Assembly: GCA_013288905.1 (NCBI GenBank)
Contig: JABDAW010000005.1
Coordinates: 1 to 43,268, forward strand
Length of the DNA: 43,268 nt
Direction: 5' to 3'
From: Bacteroidota bacterium
GTDB lineage: Bacteria > Bacteroidota > Bacteroidia > AKYH767-A > JABDAW01
The position numbers and the translations under genes are program-made. Of this stretch, positions 36,266 to 43,268 are shown one piece after another. How positions within the stretch are numbered: the stretch's first letter is position 1; every line of letters starts with the position of its first letter. Below the pieces are notes generated by a model. The model made no database searches. It was not told the DNA's origin and worked only from the letters and a program-made list of their open reading frames with translations.

Positions 36266-37945
36266 ATGAAAGAGATTAATAAATCAATTGCAGCGATGAT
36301 AGCATCTATGCTTATGCTGCTGGCTCCGGCTCTTTTGCTGTTGAGCCTTTCGAATAAATGTTCTGCACAAGCTAATTTTCTTGTTCCATCTATATATTCA
36401 GATGTTTCTGCTGGTGGTCCAGGAGGGCATACAAATTGTGACGTTAAACAAGATTACATTGGGGATACTGTTTTGGCGTGGGTAAGTCCTGATCATCTCA
36501 ACTGGGCATATAATGGATATACTGGTTCAACTGGATTTCAACATGCAGGTTCAAATTATTTCTCTGATGTAGCAATTTCAATTGATGCAAGTTCTAATCA
36601 TAATGTTTGGATCATGGTTGTTTACTATTCTCACCCTGATTATTATTTGGAAACCTATGAATGGAATTCCATATCACACATGTTCAATTATAACGCAACA
36701 CTAACGCTTGAATCAACAATTGTCAGATCCCTATTAAGATCAACAATTAATATTGATGAAGAATATGGTAATTTCGTAATTGTATGGCCAGATTCAGTAC
36801 ATCTTAATGCTTGGACTGGTGTCAACGGATCGGCTGGACCAGTTCTTACGGGAAGTTATCAACCACTATACACAAGTATTTCCAGTTCAGATAGTTTTCA
36901 GTATAGATTACCAGACGTTGCTATATACTCAATTTCAACATCTTCACCAGATGTCTATATTAGTTATATTGATAGTGTTAATAATCTTCTTGATGTTGAT
37001 GAATATACATTTTCATCGTCTTCAGGGTTGAGTCTGAATGGTAACATATTTAATACTTCTATCAATGGCATTGCACCTCCTCGAATTGCTTGTGCTCCAA
37101 GACTTAACAGTATACCTGCGAAAAATGAAGATTGGACCGTAGTATGGGCAGATCCTACTACAGATATTATTTATGGCGAAACATATAACATGTATACAAA
37201 TACAGGTTATTCCAATATTTATACAGATTTATGCACCACAGATATTGACTTGGCAACAGAGCAAAATTTTGATCCTGTGGTTACTTATTCATCAAGCTAT
37301 AATATAACTGGAAGTGGTGCAGGAGGAATAATGGTTGCCTGGATTACTTATGGCATAGATCCTTCTAAAGTTTGGCAACCTTTTCCATATTTCTATGGCA
37401 GAGTACCATTAGCAGAAAAATGTGATGTAACTGGTGCTGAAGTAACAAATTGTAATTATCTGGTTATCCCTACAAATCAGAATACAGATTGGTTGGATTA
37501 TCAAATTGCTATTTCGCTCGCAGGCAGAGATTATCCCTGGGTAGCATCCAGCAATGATGATATTTTTTATGTATGGGATGCCGGAGTTGTCAATAGTACA
37601 TTGGTTGAATCTCTTGAAAGAAAAGAAATAACATATTCTGGTGGTAACAGCAGCAGTGACTGGCGAAAGCAAAATAATATGCAAACAAATCAAATTCTAA
37701 ATGGTGTATATCCTAATCCAAGCACTGGTACTTTTAATCTGAATGTTCAATCAGAAATTGGAGAGACGATAAAGATTGAAATCTTTAATTCACTGGATCA
37801 GGAAGTGTATTCTTCTGAAGAAGAATCAAGATCAACATTCTATACAAAAGCTATTGCATTAAAGAACTATAGTGAAGGTATTTATTTTATAAGAGAAACA
37901 GGCAGCACTACTACAAACAACTGGAAAATTGCAATAACAAATTAA
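36266..37945 (+). CDS. T9SS type A sorting-domain protein, unknown beta-rich passenger
   Basis: Signal peptide ending CSA-Q; CTD VYPNPSTG.F..IFNSLDQ..GIYFI..KIAITN. Confidence 0.9.
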   Translation: MKEINKSIAAMIASMLMLLAPALLLLSLSNKCSAQANFLVPSIYSDVSAGGPGGHTNCDVKQDYIGDTVLAWVSPDHLNWAYNGYTGSTGFQHAGSNYFSDVAISIDASSNHNVWIMVVYYSHPDYYLETYEWNSISHMFNYNATLTLESTIVRSLLRSTINIDEEYGNFVIVWPDSVHLNAWTGVNGSAGPVLTGSYQPLYTSISSSDSFQYRLPDVAIYSISTSSPDVYISYIDSVNNLLDVDEYTFSSSSGLSLNGNIFNTSINGIAPPRIACAPRLNSIPAKNEDWTVVWADPTTDIIYGETYNMYTNTGYSNIYTDLCTTDIDLATEQNFDPVVTYSSSYNITGSGAGGIMVAWITYGIDPSKVWQPFPYFYGRVPLAEKCDVTGAEVTNCNYLVIPTNQNTDWLDYQIAISLAGRDYPWVASSNDDIFYVWDAGVVNSTLVESLERKEITYSGGNSSSDWRKQNNMQTNQILNGVYPNPSTGTFNLNVQSEIGETIKIEIFNSLDQEVYSSEEESRSTFYTKAIALKNYSEGIYFIRETGSTTTNNWKIAITN

Positions 37946-38020
37946 ATTCACATTAACCATCTCATTCTTTACCCCTCTCCCTTTGGAGAGGGGCAAGGAG
38001 TGAGGCAAAAATAAACAATC

Positions 38021-40540
38021 ATGAAAAAAATAATTATATTTCTAATTACAATCATAATAACATTTGGCTTTAATAAATCAAGAGCCCAATATCTTTGGGG
38101 AATGGCTGCTAGTCAAAATAGCAATAATATTGGAAGCAATATTTTTAAAATTAATGAAGACGGTACCAATTTTCAAGCAGTCCATGTATTTGATTCTGCA
38201 ACAGGATATATTGCTATTGGCACCCTTTTATTTGCAAACAATAAATTTTATGGTCTAACTTGTTATGGAGGCTCACATGATGACGGTGTAATTTTTAGTT
38301 ATGATTCCACCACATATACTTACACCGATTTATATGATTTTACTGGAATTGATGGAAAAAATCCCAATGGGAGCCTTATTAAAGTAAATAATGGCTTGTT
38401 ATATGGAATGACAAATCAAGGTGGCACTACCAATGATGGCGTGATCTTTAGTTATAACATAATAACTAATACCCTGACAGATTTATACAACTTTGATGGA
38501 ACTCATGGAAAACGACCTGATGGAAATTTGTTTTTAGCATCAAATGGATGCTTCTATGGAATGACTTATAGCGGAGGATTATATAATGCTGGAGTTGCTT
38601 TCAAATATGATACTTCCTCACATGCCTATACAGATATTCATGATTTTCACAACCCATCAGATGGTCATCAGCCTTATGGTTCTTTAATGCAAGCAAGCAA
38701 TGGATTAATATATGGAATGACTTCATTAGGTGGAGGCGGGACAAGTACTGGAATTTTATTTAGTATAAATCCTATAATTAATGATACTTTTATTTTAGTT
38801 CATAACTTTATAATTTCAACTGGTGATCAACCCCATGGCTCACTAATACAAGCAAGTAACGGTTTATTATATGGTATGACCTATGTCGGTGGAATAAATA
38901 ATGAAGGAGTTATTTTTAGCTTTAATACTTCAAATAATGTATATGCTGATTTAGCTGCTTTTAATAATACAATAAATGGTTCTGGACCTCAAGGAGATTT
39001 ACTTGAAGGAAGAAATGGGAAATTATATGGTTTGGTAACCTTTGGTGGTTCTGGTGGTTCTGAAGGAACGATCATAAGTTTTGATACTAATACCAATATA
39101 GTTACGAACATGCACACATTTACAGGTTCAGATGGAAGCGAACCATGGGGAAACCTCATAGAGCCACCATCATGTATTATACCAGTATTATTAACTAATA
39201 ACAATCAAAACTTATGTGTTGGAAGTAGTATCACGCTTACTGTTAGTGGTGCGAGTTCATATAGTTGGCAGACTAATAATAGCACAGATAGCGCAATAAC
39301 AGTTTCCCCCATATCAACAACAACTTATATAGTTACAGGTTCTAATGGTGGTTGCAGTAAGACAGATAGTATAACTGTTACTGTTCTTCCTTCCCCAACC
39401 CCCGTCATTACCCCCAATGGTCCCACCACCTTCTGCCAGGGAGGTTCTGTCCTTCTTACCACAGGTTCCTTTGCTACCTATCTTTGGAATAATGGCATCA
39501 CCACACAAAGCATCAATGCCACGGCTTCCGGCAATTACAGCATCACCGTCACCAATAGCGGCGGCTGCACAGGCATAGCATCTGAGACAGTGTCTGTCAC
39601 TGCAAATCCCGTCCCTGTCATCGCTCCCACAAGCCCCATCAATCTCTGCGAAGGAGAAAATGTGACGCTTCACGCCAGCAATGGCATCCTCTACAACTGG
39701 AGCAATGGCGCCACCACACAATACCTTGATGTTTCAACCTCAGGGACATATAGTGTTACCGTTACCTATGGTGTCAATTGCAGCAATACATCCGCCCCCA
39801 CTGATGTCATCGTCCATCCCCTCCCCTTAGCCACGATAGCAGCCCTCCCCGAGAACCTGGAATTCTGCATCGGCGACAGCATCCTGCTCACAGCAAACAG
39901 CAGCACTTCACCAATAACTTATCTATGGAATCAAGGATCCACCACCCAAAGCATAGAAGCCACGCAGTCCGGCGACTTCACGGTAATAGTTACCGACACC
40001 ATAGGGTGCCATAGCAGCAGCTCCATCAACCTGACAAGCTATCTCTATCCGGTAGCGAACTTCACCTACTCGATATTCCTGAATACCACGACTTTCACCA
40101 ACACCTCCACTAATGGCACGGCATATCAATGGTACTTTGGCGATGGCAATGTCTCCACCCTCATGAACCCCACCCACACCTATTCTCATGACAGCACCTA
40201 CACCATCACCCTGATAGTTACCAATCCCTGTGGTGCCGACACGGTAAGATATACCATAACCCTAACAGGCATCAATGAAATCAATGTATCCAATAGTTTT
40301 TATATCTTCCCTAACCCCGCAAACAATCAAGTGAAAATATCTTTCTCGTCAGATAGAGAGGAATCTTATAATGTGCGTTTAATAGACGTTACAGGCAGAA
40401 CAATCATCACAGACAATCAAATAGCTGTATCGGGCGATGATCATTATCTTATGGATGTATCAACTATCGCCAGGGGTGTTTATATAGTTTCCCTTCAAAA
40501 GCGAGATGCTGTTTTGAAATCTAAATTAGTTATACAATAA
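38021..40540 (+). CDS. T9SS protein: beta-propeller repeats (P.G.L.QASNGLLYGMT..GG; GloVer-like), Ig-like domains, PKD domain and CTD
   Basis: Repeats visible; PKD WYFGDG..NPTHTY; CTD IFPNPA..GVYIV..KLVIQ. Confidence 0.92.
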   Translation: MKKIIIFLITIIITFGFNKSRAQYLWGMAASQNSNNIGSNIFKINEDGTNFQAVHVFDSATGYIAIGTLLFANNKFYGLTCYGGSHDDGVIFSYDSTTYTYTDLYDFTGIDGKNPNGSLIKVNNGLLYGMTNQGGTTNDGVIFSYNIITNTLTDLYNFDGTHGKRPDGNLFLASNGCFYGMTYSGGLYNAGVAFKYDTSSHAYTDIHDFHNPSDGHQPYGSLMQASNGLIYGMTSLGGGGTSTGILFSINPIINDTFILVHNFIISTGDQPHGSLIQASNGLLYGMTYVGGINNEGVIFSFNTSNNVYADLAAFNNTINGSGPQGDLLEGRNGKLYGLVTFGGSGGSEGTIISFDTNTNIVTNMHTFTGSDGSEPWGNLIEPPSCIIPVLLTNNNQNLCVGSSITLTVSGASSYSWQTNNSTDSAITVSPISTTTYIVTGSNGGCSKTDSITVTVLPSPTPVITPNGPTTFCQGGSVLLTTGSFATYLWNNGITTQSINATASGNYSITVTNSGGCTGIASETVSVTANPVPVIAPTSPINLCEGENVTLHASNGILYNWSNGATTQYLDVSTSGTYSVTVTYGVNCSNTSAPTDVIVHPLPLATIAALPENLEFCIGDSILLTANSSTSPITYLWNQGSTTQSIEATQSGDFTVIVTDTIGCHSSSSINLTSYLYPVANFTYSIFLNTTTFTNTSTNGTAYQWYFGDGNVSTLMNPTHTYSHDSTYTITLIVTNPCGADTVRYTITLTGINEINVSNSFYIFPNPANNQVKISFSSDREESYNVRLIDVTGRTIITDNQIAVSGDDHYLMDVSTIARGVYIVSLQKRDAVLKSKLVIQ

Positions 40541-40560
40541 ACCTTACCTTTTTCATATAA

Positions 40561-40591
40561 AAAGACCTCTTCAATGCGAAGGGGTCTTTTT
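40561..40591 (+). terminator. Rho-independent terminator
   Basis: AAAAGACCTCTTC-AATGC-GAAGGGGTCTTTT. Confidence 0.75.
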
Positions 40592-40735
40592 GTTTTATGT
40601 CAAATTATTAAAGATTGAAACTTTAGTAAAGTTCAATCCCATTCATCCAAACATAATACCTTTGATACTTTAGGTTTACATCTGATGCCGAATTTTGCGG
40701 CGTCGAATAAATAACACCATGAAGGAAAAACAAAT

Positions 40736-40826
40736 GGGAACGCAGATAAAAATGATGGCTTATGAAAAGAGCGGAATCTTAAAAGATCTTATTTTTTCAT
40801 AAACAATCTGGGGCATCTGTGTTCCC
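40736..40826. repeat. Degenerate copy of the GGAACGCAGAT...ATCTGCGTTCC element
   Basis: GGGAACGCAGATAA...TTTTCATAAACAATCTGGGGCATCTGTGTTCCC. Confidence 0.7.
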
Positions 40827-40954
40827 TTTTTTATAAAGGAATTTACATTAAATTGATTAAATGATAATATACTCTTTACACTCACTTTACATAGGAAATG
40901 AAACTTTGCAGCGTTGATAAAATGACTATTCCAAAACTAAAATAAACTAATATA

Positions 40955-43268
40955 ATGATAAAAAACTTAAAGATTATTGCCGTAATTTCTGCCCTCCTTT
41001 TCATAGGAGTAATTCCTTTGAAAGCCCAATTCACCCCAGGAAATATTGTTATTGAACGATTAGGTGATGCTGTATATCCTTCAGGTACTTCAAATGCAGT
41101 TCCAATATATTTGGATGAATATACTACTACTGGAACTTATGTTCAAACTGTTGCTTTACCTACAACCACAGCAAATGGTAATTATATGATTACTGAAAAT
41201 GGTTCTGCTGCAAAGTCTGCACTCATGTCTCGCTCTGCAAATGGACAATATATCTGTATTTCAGGATACATGGATACTATTAATGCTGTGAACGTTTCTA
41301 ACACATCAACAGGAGGACCGGATTTTATTCCAAGGAATGTGGCTACAGTAGATTATAATGGAAATATTAACAGTACAACTTTAATCTATGATACTTATAG
41401 TGGAGGGAAAATTCGTAGTGTTGCATCTGTTGATGGTACTCATTTTTGGACATCCGGAAATTCAGGAGCTATTCGGTATATGGCTTTGGGAAGTATTGGG
41501 AATACTACTCCTATTACCACAGCTCCTACTAATTCAAATGCTTTAGATATTTTCAATGGACAATTATATAACAGTGGTGACCATTCTCCGACAATTGGTC
41601 TAAGTAAAGTAGGTGTTGGTTACCCCACAACTACGATTGGTGGCAGTGGTCACGATACAACCTTAATGGCTGATACAAATTCAACATCTCCATTTCAATT
41701 TGTATGGTTAGTTCTTTCTCCTGGTGATACCGTGTGTTATGTTGCAAATCAACTATCCGGTGGTTTAGTAAAATATTCCTGGCGTAATGATTCGCTTATT
41801 AAATGTGGAGGAATTAATGGAGTTTATGTTGGAGTAACAGGTACTGTTAATTGTGCTGGAAATGTTGAACTTTTTTATTCTACATCTTCTTCAACAAGTT
41901 CTAATTCTGTCCTTAAATATATTGATTCAACAGGCTACATGGGACGTATGCATACCTTTTCTCAGCCTGCATTTATTTGGGGTATTACGAATTACTTTTT
42001 TAAAGGAATTAAGTTTTGTCCCTATCAAGACCTAACCATCACAAGCTCCCAAACCATTGCTGCAGGCTCCTATAATAACATTACCATCAGCAGTGGCGGG
42101 GTAGCTACGCTGTCAGGGAATATCAAGATAGTAGGCACTCTTACTGTCAATAGTGGCGGCACTTTGATTTGCGGGGCGCATAATGTCGTTGGGAATTCTG
42201 ATTTCCAGAATGCTTTTGTATTGAATTCAGGAGCTACCCTGGAGATGGGTTCTGCCGCAGGTATCACTGCCAGTGCAGCCTCCGGCAATATTCAGACCTG
42301 TGCCAGAGTCTATAGCACCGGCGCAAATTATATCTATAATGGCACCGTAAACCAGGTTACCGGCAACGGGCTTCCTGCTACCGTGAATAACCTCACCATC
42401 GCTAATACAGGTTCGGCAGGAAACGATACCGTTCACCTCACTGCCGGAGTTACCGTTACCAATGACCTCACCATAACCTCCGGCGTTCTTGATGTTTCCT
42501 CAAACAATTATTCCATCACGGTGGACAGTAGTTTCTATAACAATGCCAGCTTCAGCGCAGAAGCAGGTACAGTAACTTTCAATGGAAGCGTTGCCGAGAA
42601 TTTCCTCCCTGGTTCTTCCAGCTATTACAATGTCGTGATCAACAATACCGGCAATAGTTCAGTCTATCTGGAATCTGCCCTTACTGCCGCCAATAACATC
42701 ACTATCAGTAATGGTACTTTGGATGTAACTACCAGCAATTATCCCATCAATGTAGCAGGAAACTTTACCAACAACTCTGCATTCGCATCTGAATCAGGAA
42801 CTGTGACATTCAATGGAAGCGGCTCTCAATCCTTTACCCCAGGCTCATCAAACTATTACAATACTACCATAAACACAACTGGCGGCGGCACCGTTACCTT
42901 AGCCGGCAACCTGACCAATCTCCATGATATTACCATCACTACAGGTACTCTGGATGTTTCTTCCAGCAACTATTCCATCACTGTCAAAGGCAGTTTCTAT
43001 AACAACGCCACCTTCAATGCCGAATACGCTCCCCTGACATTCAATGGAACTGCCAATGAGAACTTCCTTCCCGGTTCATCCAATTTCTATGCTGTGGTCG
43101 TAAACAATACCGGCAGTGACACGGTGAAGTTGCAATCGAATCTTACCGTAAACAATAACCTCACCATCACCAGTGGCACCTTCGATGTAAGCACCAACGA
43201 TTACTCGGTGAATGTTGCCGGAAACCTTACCAATGGTGCACACTTCGATGCTGAGACTGGTACGGTGA
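40955..43268 (+). CDS. Large secreted adhesin-like protein (3'-partial, absent from the ORF track) with 77-aa beta-solenoid-like repeats
   Basis: ATG at 40955 (MIKNLKIIAVISALLFIGVIPLKA-QFTPGNIV); frame appears open to the window end. The (L/F)DV motif recurs every 231 bp (42491, 42722, 42953, 43184). Confidence 0.88.
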   Translation, partial: MIKNLKIIAVISALLFIGVIPLKAQFTPGNIVIERLGDAVYPSGTSNAVPIYLDEYTTTGTYVQTVALPTTTANGNYMITENGSAAKSALMSRSANGQYICISGYMDTINAVNVSNTSTGGPDFIPRNVATVDYNGNINSTTLIYDTYSGGKIRSVASVDGTHFWTSGNSGAIRYMALGSIGNTTPITTAPTNSNALDIFNGQLYNSGDHSPTIGLSKVGVGYPTTTIGGSGHDTTLMADTNSTSPFQFVWLVLSPGDTVCYVANQLSGGLVKYSWRNDSLIKCGGINGVYVGVTGTVNCAGNVELFYSTSSSTSSNSVLKYIDSTGYMGRMHTFSQPAFIWGITNYFFKGIKFCPYQDLTITSSQTIAAGSYNNITISSGGVATLSGNIKIVGTLTVNSGGTLICGAHNVVGNSDFQNAFVLNSGATLEMGSAAGITASAASGNIQTCARVYSTGANYIYNGTVNQVTGNGLPATVNNLTIANTGSAGNDTVHLTAGVTVTNDLTITSGVLDVSSNNYSITVDSSFYNNASFSAEAGTVTFNGSVAENFLPGSSSYYNVVINNTGNSSVYLESALTAANNITISNGTLDVTTSNYPINVAGNFTNNSAFASESGTVTFNGSGSQSFTPGSSNYYNTTINTTGGGTVTLAGNLTNLHDITITTGTLDVSSSNYSITVKGSFYNNATFNAEYAPLTFNGTANENFLPGSSNFYAVVVNNTGSDTVKLQSNLTVNNNLTITSGTFDVSTNDYSVNVAGNLTNGAHFDAETGTV

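Overview
AT-rich Bacteroidota-type chromosomal window, judged from TAnnTTTG -7 promoter boxes, T9SS C-terminal sorting domains and many lipoproteins. Housekeeping genes are a cyclophilin, pheS, a stand-alone atpA, etfB/etfA, a DUF151 nuclease, a PcaF/PaaJ-type thiolase, paaY, pyrR/pyrB, rpsA and ispH. They are interleaved with accessory cargo: six tandem Cys-rich lipoprotein paralogues, a GIY-YIG nuclease, a YhcG/DUF1016 nuclease, a thioester alpha-2-macroglobulin, three T9SS cargo proteins, a partial repeat-rich secreted protein, and many REP/MITE-like palindromes. The most unusual signal is five probably non-coding arrays with strict 21- or 42-bp periodicity and unrelated repeat sequences (3454-3620, 12031-12195, 17992-18244, 27795-28083, 34935-35333). 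Three lie beside genes for uncharacterised 'helical domain + C-terminal beta-sandwich/Fn3' proteins, and two lie beside solitary nucleases. The clearest array (27795-28083) has 14 palindromic cores separated by unique 7-8 nt spacers with covarying arms. No cas, reverse transcriptase, integrase, tRNA or rRNA gene was recognised.
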